Virus record (IMG/VR): IMGVR_UViG_2061766007_000327
DNA: 64,000 nucleotides
Reading direction: 5' to 3' (one strand)
Source: an uncultured virus (IMG/VR IMGVR_UViG_2061766007_000327)
Lineage: Duplodnaviria > Heunggongvirae > Uroviricota > Caudoviricetes
The notes beneath the pieces are model-generated. The model searched no databases and was not told the DNA's origin. It worked only from the letters and a program-made list of their open reading frames with translations. Below are positions 21,455 to 32,852 of the stretch, piece after piece (position 1 is the first letter of the stretch; each line of letters starts with the position of its first letter). Made by a program: the position numbers and the translations under genes.

Positions 21455-22273
21455 ATGTCCGTTTCAAGTGAAATAACCAGGCTTACCAATGCCAAGGCAG
21501 CAATCAAGACTGCGATAGAGGGGAAAGGCGTTACCGTTTCTTCCTCTACGAAGTTGGACGGCTATGCGGATTTGATTGATGACATACAGACAACGCCTTC
21601 GCTCCAAAACAAGACGGTCAATCCTACCACAAGCCAGCAATCAGTCACGGCAGATAGCGGCTATGATGGCTTGGGTACGGTAACTGTTTCCGCCATCCAG
21701 ACGGAGACAAAGACCGCAACGCCTACGACAAGTTCGCAGGATGTCACGCCGACGAGCGGCAAGTATCTCACAAAGGTTACGGTCTCGGCAGTTACATCGG
21801 CCATTGATTCCAACATAGCCGCAGGCAACATCAAGAGCGGAGTGACTATTCTCGGTGTTACTGGCTCATATTCGGGAGGTGGCGGTGGTGCGACCCTTAC
21901 ACCGACTGCCGGGGACTATCCCGTGGTTGCCAACGGAGGACTCGGAGGTGGAGGGAGCGCACTCACCTCCACGGGAGTCTCCGTCACCATCCCCGTATCT
22001 GGAACATATAGGCTCAAGTGGTGCGCTTTCCGAAGGAACAACTCGACCTCCTACACTTGGGGTTCGCAGCTCTACCGAAAGAGGGGTAACACCACCTCCG
22101 CCATCGGTACGGAAAACCAGACATGGACTTCCACTTATATCCAATCCAACTCGCTGGACATTGCTTGTGAGGCAGGGGACATCATATATGTCTATGTCCG
22201 AGGCCGTAGCAGCACATATAGCTGGGGAGGATACCTTATGGCCTGTGTAGCGCAGAAAATGTGGACTAACTGA
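21455..22273 (+). CDS. fibre protein
   Basis: LQNKTVNPTTSQQSVTADSGYDGL repeats and NIKSGVTILGVTG motif. Confidence 0.65.
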   Translation: MSVSSEITRLTNAKAAIKTAIEGKGVTVSSSTKLDGYADLIDDIQTTPSLQNKTVNPTTSQQSVTADSGYDGLGTVTVSAIQTETKTATPTTSSQDVTPTSGKYLTKVTVSAVTSAIDSNIAAGNIKSGVTILGVTGSYSGGGGGATLTPTAGDYPVVANGGLGGGGSALTSTGVSVTIPVSGTYRLKWCAFRRNNSTSYTWGSQLYRKRGNTTSAIGTENQTWTSTYIQSNSLDIACEAGDIIYVYVRGRSSTYSWGGYLMACVAQKMWTN

Positions 22274-22294
22274 TAATAACTAACAATAAACGAT

Positions 22295-23668
22295 ATGTCA
22301 CAATCAACAGCATCAATTAGATACCTCAAGGACAAGGACGAGGAAGTGTTCTTCCCCGTAGCCCATGAAAAGGGCGTCGTGGATAGTAACGGAACGACCT
22401 TGGAGACGAAGCTCGGGCAGAAGCAGGACACTCTCGTTTCGGGTACTAATATCAAGACGGTGAACAACCAATCTATTGTCGGTTCGGGCAATATAACGAT
22501 TGATAGTGGCTCGGACATCGACACCGTTTCTGTATCCGTAGATAACAATACAGGCACTCCCTCGGCAACAGGGAGTGTGTCGGGTAGCACCTTGACGCTC
22601 TCCTTCACCAACCTCAAGGGAGCGACAGGAGCGGCTGGNNNNNNNNNNNNNNNNNNNNNNNNNNNNNNGGGGCCGCAAGGTGAACAAGGGAATACGGGTT
22701 CATCGGTCGCTTATCCCTATGAACTTGTAAATAACCTTTTAACGGACGATGCGACAAAAGGATTGACCGCAGCGCAAGGTTTTTTAATCGGGTTAAAGCT
22801 CAATAACGCTATTAATGTGGCAGAAAACGGCTTTTTTGTCGTTGACGAAGATAACAATATTGGTTTTGCTGTCACTCCAAATGGAACTACCGCCAAATTT
22901 GGCGATATATCCAGGCGTTCTTGCCTTATGGAAAAAAGATTTTACGAAAAATCAGATTTTTCTCCCACAATCTCGCAAATCGGAACCCTAACGAGCGCAA
23001 GTTCAAATTCTCTGCAGGGAGGAGTGAATGTGAAAAATATATTTTTCCAATTTCATAACACCAATGATTTAATCGGAGTTTATGATTTAACTGACCTTTC
23101 GCTAATCACAACAATAGCAACTGGAGATAGTTCTGCAAACTACCATTGTAACGATGTGACACTTGGAGAATATCTCAACGAGGGAGACCGTTTCCCCTTG
23201 TTTTATGTTTCTATGCAAAATTTGCGACAAATAAATGTATATCATATCTCCAACGATTATGTATGCACAAAGGTGCAGACGATTACCATTTCCGGTGAAA
23301 ACGCCGTCAATGGGTGGATAGACAGAGAGGCTGGGTACATCTATTGGGCCGAGGACGCAGCAACTATTTCCAAAGGGCCAATCCCGCCTTTATCCTCTGC
23401 AACTCCAACAATTAGCTCTATTGACGATTATTCTATCGCTGGTGCCTTATTCACCTATGGTTTCCAGGATATTATGACTCATTTCGGTTTCCAGTTGGTG
23501 GCCTTTGGTTTTGCTAATTCAAACCAGCTCCAATTAATTGATATGCTTACCAAGCAAATTATATTTACAATCACAACAAATATTTCTCAAGAGCCGGAAG
23601 CAATCGCTTACTATAAAGATGCGTTATACATTATTGGAATTTATGGTGGAGTATTTAAAATAGTTTAA
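22295..23668 (+). CDS. fibre/receptor-binding protein with a collagen-like segment
   Basis: KQDTLVSGTNIKTVN motif, G-X-Y repeats at the gap, AT-rich C-terminal domain. Confidence 0.65.
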   Translation: MSQSTASIRYLKDKDEEVFFPVAHEKGVVDSNGTTLETKLGQKQDTLVSGTNIKTVNNQSIVGSGNITIDSGSDIDTVSVSVDNNTGTPSATGSVSGSTLTLSFTNLKGATGAAXXXXXXXXXXXGPQGEQGNTGSSVAYPYELVNNLLTDDATKGLTAAQGFLIGLKLNNAINVAENGFFVVDEDNNIGFAVTPNGTTAKFGDISRRSCLMEKRFYEKSDFSPTISQIGTLTSASSNSLQGGVNVKNIFFQFHNTNDLIGVYDLTDLSLITTIATGDSSANYHCNDVTLGEYLNEGDRFPLFYVSMQNLRQINVYHISNDYVCTKVQTITISGENAVNGWIDREAGYIYWAEDAATISKGPIPPLSSATPTISSIDDYSIAGALFTYGFQDIMTHFGFQLVAFGFANSNQLQLIDMLTKQIIFTITTNISQEPEAIAYYKDALYIIGIYGGVFKIV

Positions 23669-23671
23669 AAA

Positions 23672-24568
23672 ATGGGACTTGCGTATAAAATAACCGGAAA
23701 TGTTTTCGCAACATATAATTTCGGGAAAGTGACGCCAATCATAAGGGTGCCTCTTACGGACTTTACGACGACGACGACATCAATTTATAATTCCGGAATA
23801 ATGAATATAATAATCACTCCGGAATATGCCAACCATTATAGTTTTACATTTGTTTCGTCGGACACAACGATTGCGACAATAGATGCTTCTACGGGATTTA
23901 TAGAAGGTAAAGCAAATGGCAATGTCAATATTACCGTTACGGACATAGTGTCGGGCATTACAAAAATCTTCCCTATTGCCGTCGCTATTCCAACGCCTAT
24001 TGCAGACCTAACCGCCCGAATCAATTTTACAGTGAACGAGGGAATATTCCTAACGGATATAATTCCAGAACAGGGTGATTGGTTTAGAGCAAAAGTCGCT
24101 GCTTTTGTCGCTCGTGGTACGGCATTTTTTGGTAGCAGGCAGTTAAGTAATGCTGATGATGACTCCATAATTTTCGAGAGGGACAATACAGGGTTGAATT
24201 ACTATTCCATGCGTGGAAAGATGTATGGTACAAGATACACATCAAGCCAAGCAATGGCGATTAATACCCGTTATGTTGTAGATATTAAACCTACGGGAAT
24301 AACATCCGACCCTTCGGTGGGGACATTCTCAAGCTCAACTTACAATTATAACCAAGCCTATGCGTTGGCCATAGGTGGACTCCAACTCGCAAATGGGACT
24401 TATACTTATAGGCAAGGAGGAATGGATGTGTTTGGCATAGAGATATACAGTTCCAGCAATATTCTTAAACACCGACTTATACCACAGTCCGATAATACAT
24501 TTTTGGACGAAATAACCAATAAGTCATATTCTGCGACAGGTGGCTATGTTACTTATGCCGATGATTAG
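23672..24568 (+). CDS. Ig-like (Big_2) domain protein, possible adhesin
   Basis: TPEYA...FVSSDTTIATID..G.I..KANGNVNITVT matches the Big_2 pattern. Confidence 0.65.
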   Translation: MGLAYKITGNVFATYNFGKVTPIIRVPLTDFTTTTTSIYNSGIMNIIITPEYANHYSFTFVSSDTTIATIDASTGFIEGKANGNVNITVTDIVSGITKIFPIAVAIPTPIADLTARINFTVNEGIFLTDIIPEQGDWFRAKVAAFVARGTAFFGSRQLSNADDDSIIFERDNTGLNYYSMRGKMYGTRYTSSQAMAINTRYVVDIKPTGITSDPSVGTFSSSTYNYNQAYALAIGGLQLANGTYTYRQGGMDVFGIEIYSSSNILKHRLIPQSDNTFLDEITNKSYSATGGYVTYADD

Positions 24569-24618
24569 TAATGGACGGCTCGGCCTAACTCAATCGAAAA
24601 GACCCCTAACTAACTGAC

Positions 24619-24843
24619 ATGGATAAGCTCCTCCATTTCCTTTGCTGCTTCGGCATCGCCCTGGTACTCTTCCCCATAATCGGATGGTGGAGCATCGGGA
24701 CTGCCGTGGCAACGGGTGTGGGGAAGGAACTCTACGACCTCCACGATTACGGTCTGTTCTCCTGGTGGGACATAGTGGCTGACATTGCGGGAACGGCAGT
24801 GTCAATCCCCGTGATACTACTCATAAAAACCATTATATTATGA
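24619..24843 (+). CDS. small membrane protein (DKLLHF...KELYD...DIVAD)
   Basis: Hydrophobic protein with a motif seen in small phage and bacterial membrane proteins. Confidence 0.6.
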   Translation: MDKLLHFLCCFGIALVLFPIIGWWSIGTAVATGVGKELYDLHDYGLFSWWDIVADIAGTAVSIPVILLIKTIIL

Positions 24844-25103
24844 AAGATTTTTTTAAGAGAGCCAGCATTTTCGCTGGGATCAATGCTATCCTTATTGGGC
24901 TTACATCGCTCATCTCGCCGCTTGTATTTGACACTTGCGTCATCGTCTGCTCTTTGTTCTGCATTGTTGTCGGTTTCGGGTATGAACTTTACGACTCGAT
25001 CAAAAACGACCACAAGCCGAGTATGGCGGAGATGTTCGGTGCATCTATCTTTGGCACTCTCGTAGCAGCATTCATCATCTACGGAATTTACCTTCTAATC
25101 TAA
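24840..25103 (+). CDS. small multi-TM membrane protein (holin candidate)
   Basis: Three hydrophobic segments. Confidence 0.55.
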   Translation: MKDFFKRASIFAGINAILIGLTSLISPLVFDTCVIVCSLFCIVVGFGYELYDSIKNDHKPSMAEMFGASIFGTLVAAFIIYGIYLLI

Positions 25104-25109
25104 ATCATC

Positions 25110-25295
25110 ATGAACAAGCACACAAAGTACAACCTTCTGGCGGTATTTCTCGCGTTCGTGGGGATGATAACCCTTGGCGGACTGGGTAATGCCGCGGTCA
25201 AGTCAGCCTCGTTCTACTGGCTCCCATTCGTCCTCAATCTCGGAGTTTACGGCTGGGGCGTATACAAACTTTTTAAGAAGGGAAACGAGGAATAA
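25110..25295 (+). CDS. small two-TM membrane protein
   Basis: Two hydrophobic segments and a charged tail. Confidence 0.55.
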   Translation: MNKHTKYNLLAVFLAFVGMITLGGLGNAAVKSASFYWLPFVLNLGVYGWGVYKLFKKGNEE

Positions 25296-25333
25296 TTTGG
25301 CAAGACCATATTGTGGCTTGTCGCCATTTTCGT

Positions 25334-25341
25334 TATCTTTG
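25334..25341 (+). promoter_or_regulatory. -7 promoter element
   Basis: TATCTTTG ending 7 nt before ATG 25349. Confidence 0.6.
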
Positions 25342-25348
25342 TCGTATC

Positions 25349-25828
25349 ATGGAGAACGAGTGGAAGAAACTATTACGGCGCAAAGCGACAGCGAGCCACA
25401 TGTGTGAGGAAAATCGCACTGCCCTCGGTCAGGTTGAGACCAAGGCGGATGCGATTGCCTTATATATCCAGACTATCGACTGGGCGCTGGAGGAGGATTA
25501 TCCCGGGCTGAATGTCATCCGTCGATATTTCCAGGACTGTGAGCAGTATGGAATATTCGTGGACAAGACATTCTCCGGGGAGACCCTCATAGACCTTCCC
25601 GTTTATGTTTTCCATAACTGTAAGGGATCCATCCGCGTGGGGCTGAATACATCCAAGCGGATCATCCCGATGCTTTATTTTGCTAACGGGTGCGATATGA
25701 CTATCACCTCGTCGAACGATCTCGGTTTGAGGAGCAGGGTGCCGCTGTATGTTTTTGGCGACAACACTGTCATAGCCGAGAGTTCCGAAGACATCATCTG
25801 TCGCACATATAACTTTGATGTGAAGTGA
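25349..25828 (+). CDS. hypothetical protein
   Basis: Start re-assigned to MENEWK, just after the promoter. Confidence 0.65.
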   Translation: MENEWKKLLRRKATASHMCEENRTALGQVETKADAIALYIQTIDWALEEDYPGLNVIRRYFQDCEQYGIFVDKTFSGETLIDLPVYVFHNCKGSIRVGLNTSKRIIPMLYFANGCDMTITSSNDLGLRSRVPLYVFGDNTVIAESSEDIICRTYNFDVK

Positions 25829-26211
25829 TGGAAGGTTCTTTTATTATCGAGATCGCCGAAAAGATTGGGCTGCCCGCCTTGACACTATTCATGGGCTGGT
25901 TCGGCAATGCGTGGAGAACGAAACAGAAGAAGGAACAGGATGTTCTTACCAATGTGACGCAGATCCTCGAGATGCAGAAATCCTACATACAGGAGCAGGA
26001 CGAAGACAAGAAGCGAACCCGCGACATTTGTAAGCGTCTCGAGGCGAAACTTGATAAGAAGAACAAGTCTATCCGTCAGGCATTCAAATGCCAGTATTCG
26101 AACGAGGGCGACGGCTGCCCGGTACTCAACGAGGACGAGAACAGCGACCCTTGCCAGGACAAATGTGCGACCTGCACCATAAAACAAGAGCACGAACATG
26201 TTAACAGCTAG
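25828..26211 (+). CDS. single-TM plus coiled-coil protein (holin-like candidate)
   Basis: N-terminal TM, coiled coil, Cys-rich C-terminus. Confidence 0.5.
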   Translation: MEGSFIIEIAEKIGLPALTLFMGWFGNAWRTKQKKEQDVLTNVTQILEMQKSYIQEQDEDKKRTRDICKRLEAKLDKKNKSIRQAFKCQYSNEGDGCPVLNEDENSDPCQDKCATCTIKQEHEHVNS

Positions 26212-26665
26212 GCTACAGATCGCTGACGGGGCGGTCACAGACACCCAGCAATACGGCTTCATCTATATAGACTCCGACAAACGGGTCGGGGCGGAATCGA
26301 AGGGATTCGAGAGCACATCGTACCCCGAGGAGGAGGGCGAGCATATCATCCCCAAGACCGTGGACAACGCCTTTGATTACAAGGTCAAGTTCTTCATCCA
26401 GGCAGATTCTGTCAACAACGCGAACGACAAGATAGACGCGTTCAACGAACTACTGTACACGAAGGATGCGAACACCGGAGTCAAGACCTACAAGCAGGTC
26501 ACATTCTACAATGATTATAAACGCCACAAGATTGTAGGATATCCCAGCGAGATCTCCGAAGCCACCGAATTCTGGAGGGATAGGACGAACCAACTGCAGG
26601 ACATCGTCATCGTCGAGTGGACGATCCGTGTAACCAAGCCCAGCCTTTGTGATTTCAGCATATGA
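26198..26665 (+). CDS. distal tail (Dit-like) protein
   Basis: Size and position before the large tail tip gene. Confidence 0.55.
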   Translation: MLTARLQIADGAVTDTQQYGFIYIDSDKRVGAESKGFESTSYPEEEGEHIIPKTVDNAFDYKVKFFIQADSVNNANDKIDAFNELLYTKDANTGVKTYKQVTFYNDYKRHKIVGYPSEISEATEFWRDRTNQLQDIVIVEWTIRVTKPSLCDFSI

Positions 26666-29600
26666 TACGGCAGATACAAGAAATCAACTTCCCCGAATAT
26701 GCCACCCTGCACCAGGCTACTGTCACCCTTACGGCGATGGGCGAGCGTACCATAACCACGCAAGTGCGGATTGACGGGGACATCATCCCGGAATTCGGAG
26801 TAACCGAGAACGGCGTGTTCAAGCCTATGGAGCTGGTCTTCAAGGGCGAGAGGTTCGTCCTTCCTATCCGCGAACCGCAGGCGATGAAGGACAACACGAC
26901 CCGCAATTCACTGATTGACCTGACATTCTATTCCTGGCCGATATACCAACTGAAGAGGTATTTCTTCGTGGAGATGACCTCCATAGATTCCAGTACGGCG
27001 ATCGCTGACAAGTATGTCGCATCGCTCGCGCTGAATCTGGAGAATTTCGTAGTAGCCTTCAACAAGGTTCTCAAATACTATTTCAACGAGCAGATAGAGA
27101 TTGACCTCTTCGGCTCTGGGCAGGGATATTACAACGCCGAGCCGGTATTCTTCGAGATCAATTACTCCTATCTCTGGGATGTTCTTTCAAAGATATACGA
27201 GTTGTACGACGCCCGCTGGTGGATAGAGTACGACTCTTCCCGCAATAAGTATATCATTAAGATCGGCTACGAATCTGACGGCATTGAAGACCACGATTTC
27301 TCTTACGGATACGAGGGCGGACTGATCAAGTTCGAAAGGCAGGTCCAGGACGATGATATCGCTAACATCCTTCTGGGGCGTGGCGGGGAGAAGAACCTGC
27401 CNNNNNNNNNNNNNNNNNNNNNNNNNGGCGGCAGATCCCGACGCTATCCCGGAACTCCAGAACATCTATTTCGACAGACTCCACGATATCAATTTCCGCT
27501 GGTATGTCAGGGGATGGATGACGAACCCGAACCACGACCCTTCCTGGGAGCGCTCGGGATACAGATATCCGACCTATACCGAGAACGACTGCCCGCAAGA
27601 GTATCTTTTCGCGTATTTGAGGGGTAAGAACGATGACAACTTCAATCCCGTCGAATATGTCAAGGACGATGAATCTATCCAGAAGTACGGAGAGCGGTGG
27701 GGTGCGCTGGACAACAATGATGACATCTATCCGACGATCCAGGGCGTAGTGCGTCAGCCATATGGAAGGATGGATGAGACGGTGGATATCTCAACGATCG
27801 TAACGGATGATATCGCCGAGTATGCAGCGAATGCGGCTATTGAGATGAGCCTTCCTGATGCGGTCATCCACTTGAGTTCTCAAAATGATCCCTCTTACAT
27901 AATACAATCGAAAGAATTCACCATCGAGGAGGGTAGCGTAGGTAATATAACCTATCGCCCAGTTTCAAAGGAGGAGGTAAATCCCGGGCTGGTTGAGTTT
28001 GATACATCCCGATCATATGTTCAGGCGGAGTTGAGTGGTGCAGGTTCGGTAATCCCCACGACTTATGATTCCGAAACCGGAATGTTTGCAATCGCGGGTC
28101 TTCCAGCTGGCACATACCGGCTGAAACTCACCATGTGCTTAAGGATAGCCCGCCCGGCGACGACTGCCACGGGAACCTTCGGTATCGAGAATATCGTCCT
28201 TTCCACCTCGGCTGTGGACACCAACGCATGGAAGCCTACTTTTGACATCTGGATCAAGAATGTCTGGGAAACGGCACAGGGGGTCGGAGAAAGCGATGCG
28301 GATTATTCTACGAGAGTCTGGACGCCCATACTTGGCGACCGCGTCGGAAATGAGGCGAAAATAGTTTTCTCAACCGGAGCGATGTCTATATCGCAGGACT
28401 ACGAGTTCGTCATCGCGTCCTATCCCATAGTCGACCGCACGAAGACAATAAACGGCGTTCCCTCGGAGTGGAAGGTCACTGTCTATAAGAGCGACGCGGA
28501 ATACCAGGCGACTGGGCTGTACATACCGAACGCGCAGTCTACCCAGCCAGTTGCCGGGGATAAGTTCTTCTTCACTGGCATTGATATGCCATTCATCTAT
28601 GTAAAGTGGGCGGAGGAACGGCTTAATGCGTTCAAGACCACGGAACTGGAGAAGATGGATGATCTTAACCCGACCTGGCTGATTACGCTGGACAAGGTTA
28701 GGGTACATACGATGGAGGATAGCGATTACGAGCAGACTCTCGCAGACCGCCTCAACGCCGGTATCAAGATAAGGACTACCGACCCGCGATTCACTCCCGG
28801 GCGCGTGCTGACATTATATGTGCAGACTATCACATACACTTGGAACGAGCCCTCGGATAAGAGCCCATATCTCGTCCCGGATATAGAGATAGTCCTATCC
28901 GACAAGATCGTAGCGAGTGAGGGCGTACTTTCCCAACTCCAGAACGATATCGATGTCATTTCACAATCATATGTCCAGACCTCGGATGTTGAGGCTACCG
29001 TCCGCAAGATAGCCGGGTCTCTCTATCTGAAGAAGACCGGCGAGCGTGATACATCGGCATCCCCTACCGCCTTCTCCAGCAAGGTGACCAGTACGAACTT
29101 CCGCAAGGGAGGTATAGGCGGGCGTGGCTGGGGAATATATCAGGACAACACTCAGGCATTTGCCGTTCCGGAGACGACGCAGTCTCCTCAGAGAATGCTC
29201 ACGAGAGCGGCTACGTCTGCACCACTCACGCGGGCGGGGGAGACCACACCACAGATCGACACGAAATCCGTGATGGAGGTGGACAAGCTCATCGTCCGTG
29301 ACGAGATGCAGGTCAACAGCCTCGTCGTCAACCAGATCGAGTATCGGGGTGGGAAAGAGATCATCTCCGCGGCACATATAGAGGTTACCCAGGTCATTGA
29401 GAACAACGACTCCTATGTCTGCTTCTTCGATCAAAAACAGGGTAGTGTCGCCAATCTCTTCGAGGTCAACGACATCGCCTACGGTCAGATCTGGACTGCC
29501 GAAAACACCGAACTCCGATACTACAAGATGCTGGTTATTGACAAAGATATTAACAGCATCACATTGTCGAAGACCGTCAAGGACGGCTGGGGCACTCCGA

Positions 29601-32562
29601 AAGTCGGGGATATTATCGTGCAGTACGGCAACATCGCCGATCTCAGCCGCCAGTATGTCATCGTCCGCGATGTCATCGGAGGCGGTTATGAGCGGATGCT
29701 CTCCGGGCTGAATTCGGTGACCGCCAGTGGAGAGGAATACTATTTTGCCGGTACGCAGGTCTCCGAGAATACGGAATTCATCTCTCTGTTCGAAGGCGAG
29801 GATCTTGCATTGTACGAGGGTGCTGACAAGCAACTCGGATACCTTCGCCAGAAGCACTCGCCAAGGTGGTTTGTCGGTGACGCGGAAGGACAGTATGCCG
29901 AGTGGAAGGACGGCGTCCTGAATATCAACGGTGTTCTGGCCGTCACCACCCAGATGGCAAAATCCGACGGTACTTACTATTCGCTTTCTACCTACCTCAG
30001 TAGTATCGAAGAGATGTTGGGGGGAGATTTCGTAGTATGGTATGAAGAAGGCACGCCGACACTCGAGAATTATCCGGCTAACACCTGGGATACCGTCGAG
30101 GTGCTGAATTCGCATATCGACGACCTTTACTTCGACGAACTGACCGGGAATTGCTACATATTCACATTGACTCCCGGGCAGGAAGGCGAGCCTGATGTCT
30201 ATTCGTGGGAACAGATTACCCGGGCAGAGTTCGAGGAGTTGATCGCTAACGACTTGCGAGCTTCCGTCGACGGGCTGAAATATCTTCGCGAGGCTACCAA
30301 CCGGGGCACTCTGGTGCAGGGCGGTTTGGTCTTGACCTCTTTGATCCAGTTAGGCAAGACCGAGAACGACCAGTTCAATGTCTGGGCGGGAATCAACGGT
30401 CTAAGGGATGATGAAGAACCTGGTGGAGGAATTGCGGCGTGGTATGGCGGTCCCATGGTAGACCACGAGAACGACACATCCGCACTGTCATACGCCCAGT
30501 CCTTGTTTAGGATGGATGGATCAGGCTATCTCGCGGGTGGTATGCTCAACTGGGGCATCAATAACGGGCAGGCCTACCTGACTCTTAACGGGGAGTCGGT
30601 TATCGGCGGTATGGGTAATGTTTCCTTGAATGATATCGCCAACCTGATGTTCGAGGTCGTGCAATACTCAAGCGGGCATTACGCAGTCCACCTTAAAGAC
30701 CGGGCATATTATAACGGTTCGCAGGTCAGTATCGACGGCCTATATGCGACTGGCTTCGTGAGCGCTGGAGGTACTGGCGAGGCCGGAGGCGGCGGAGGTG
30801 GCGGTGGAGCCAGTTACCTGGGCGAGCTAAGCGATGTCTCCATCAGTGCATCCCTCTCTTCTGGGCAGGGACTCGTATGGAACGGCTCGGTCTGGACGAA
30901 CGGCACAGTGACTCCTGACTTGTCGGGTTATGTGCCGACATCCCGCACGATCAACGGGCACGCACTGACGAGCAACATCAGTATAACCAAGGCGGATCTT
31001 TCCCTCTCCAATGTCGAAGACACTGCTCTGTCTACCTGGGCGGGAACGACCAATGTAACCACCCTCGGCACGATAGCCACTGGCGTCTGGCAAGGCACTC
31101 CGGTAGCGAATGACTACCTCGCCAACTCATCGATGACGCTCTGGGGGCAGACCGCTGCTTTGGGTGGGTCGGTTACCGGCGACCTGTCCACAGTCGGAAA
31201 GATCGCCTTCGATGTGCAGGATACCATAGCCTCTTCTGGGAATGTGCTGGAGGTCGTGAACATCGGCACGGAGCAGAATCCCATCTACGCGTTGCATTCT
31301 ACGCTCCCTCTCTATTCCGACAGCTGGATAAGTGCCAGCGGTGCGGGCGGATCTGGAGGTAGCATCGCAATGTCTTTGGGCGACCTGGAGGATGTTGACC
31401 TAACCGATATCGGCAACGGCAAGGTGCTGTCTTATGATGCGACATCGCAATTGTGGAAGCCTATTACGATATCTGCGACTGGAGGCGGCCCGGAGAAGTT
31501 GTTCTTTGGAACGAGCTCCACGGCCGCGGGAACAGCGGTAAAGGTTGTCACATGCCCCGAATTCACCAGCGCGGATTTGGTCGAAGGGACGACGATTCAC
31601 GTCCTGATGACGGCGGCAAACGACACGGACTCGGGAAGGAAACTTAATGTTAATGACACTGGTGCTGTTGACATCTATTATTCCTCCCAGAAAAAATGGT
31701 ATGCCTATGAGGTCGTCACATTCGTCTATTATAACGGCGGGNNNNNNNNNNNNNNNNNNNNNNNNNNNNNNNNNNNNNNNNNNNNNNNNNNNNNNNNNNN
31801 NNNNNNGCGGCATCGACATCGGCCCTCGGAGGCGTAATGGTAAGTTCGGTCAGTTCTGCGACAATTGCGACCTTATTGAGCACCCGCGAATCTTCCGGTG
31901 GTGCATCCGGGCAGTACCGCAACTATCCGGTCAATCTGTCGAGCGACAATAAACTTTATGTTAATGTCCCTTGGTATGCCGGCAGTGGTGGCGGTGGAGG
32001 ATCTTCCGTTGCTTGGGGCACGGCCTATTCAAACAATACCGTAGACCTCACTGTTGACGGAACGACGAAACGGGTCTGCCTGAACGGCTACGCTGCCGGA
32101 GGCGGGGGCGGTGGAGACTACCTCCCTCTTTCGGGCGGTACGATGACCGGGACGATAACCGCACAGAACATAATTCCGACATCCTCGACATATACCCTGG
32201 GTACTACGACATCTCCATGGAGCAAAATCTATCTCGGTGCTGATGTCTATCTGGACTATGATGCCGAACATGGATGCGTTTATGTCCACAACGCGGGTCT
32301 GGCCGCTGATGATTTCGTGTCTGCCGGCGGAGCGAGCGACTCCACAATCACGCTATCCCAGATGGAGGATGTCGATGTAGAGACAGTGCTCCCGTCTGAC
32401 GGGCAGTTACTGGGCTATGACAGTGCCACGCAGAAGTGGGTGCCGCTGATCTCCACAGCCCCGCAGAACGGCTATGTCCTGGTCTATAACGCCACGACGA
32501 AGAAATGGGTGCCGACAGATCCGACAACATTATATCCGCCAGTTGAGCCTAATCAAAATTAA
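26662..32562 (+). CDS. large tail tip/central fibre protein (one gene, ~1950 aa, split by two N gaps)
   Basis: Frames change only at gaps 27402-27426 and 31742-31806; hub-like N-terminus; C-terminal fibre motifs (L.EL.DV, YLPLSGGTMTG, poly-G linkers). Confidence 0.7.
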
Positions 32563-32568
32563 CATACT

Positions 32569-32850
32569 ATGGTCGTATTAAGTATAATAGCAATCCTAGT
32601 GGCGTTGGCTGCAGCGGCCTACGCATTCACTACTGCCAAGAAATTGCCATCAATCAAGGAAGATGTGGCAAGACTTTCAACCGATGTCCAACTGATGGAC
32701 AAGGCTGTCAAGGAACTGAAGGAGGAGAAGCAAGACGTGGCGGAACTCCCTAAGGTCTTGACCTACAACGCCCGTAAGAAGACGATAAACATCAAGGGCA
32801 GTCTGACCGTCTCCGGTGGCATTGCTTCCGGAGCAATAGAGGAGGAATAA
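32569..32850 (+). CDS. small protein with N-terminal TM and coiled coil
   Basis: C-terminal GSLTVSGGIASG resembles a motif in the tail tip protein. Confidence 0.55.
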   Translation: MVVLSIIAILVALAAAAYAFTTAKKLPSIKEDVARLSTDVQLMDKAVKELKEEKQDVAELPKVLTYNARKKTINIKGSLTVSGGIASGAIEEE

Positions 32851-32852
32851 TT

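Noticed and set aside
28967..30115. Long antisense ORFs (382 aa here; also 18751-19716 and 20227-20940)
   Set aside because: They mirror well-supported plus-strand structural genes and are a by-product of codon bias.
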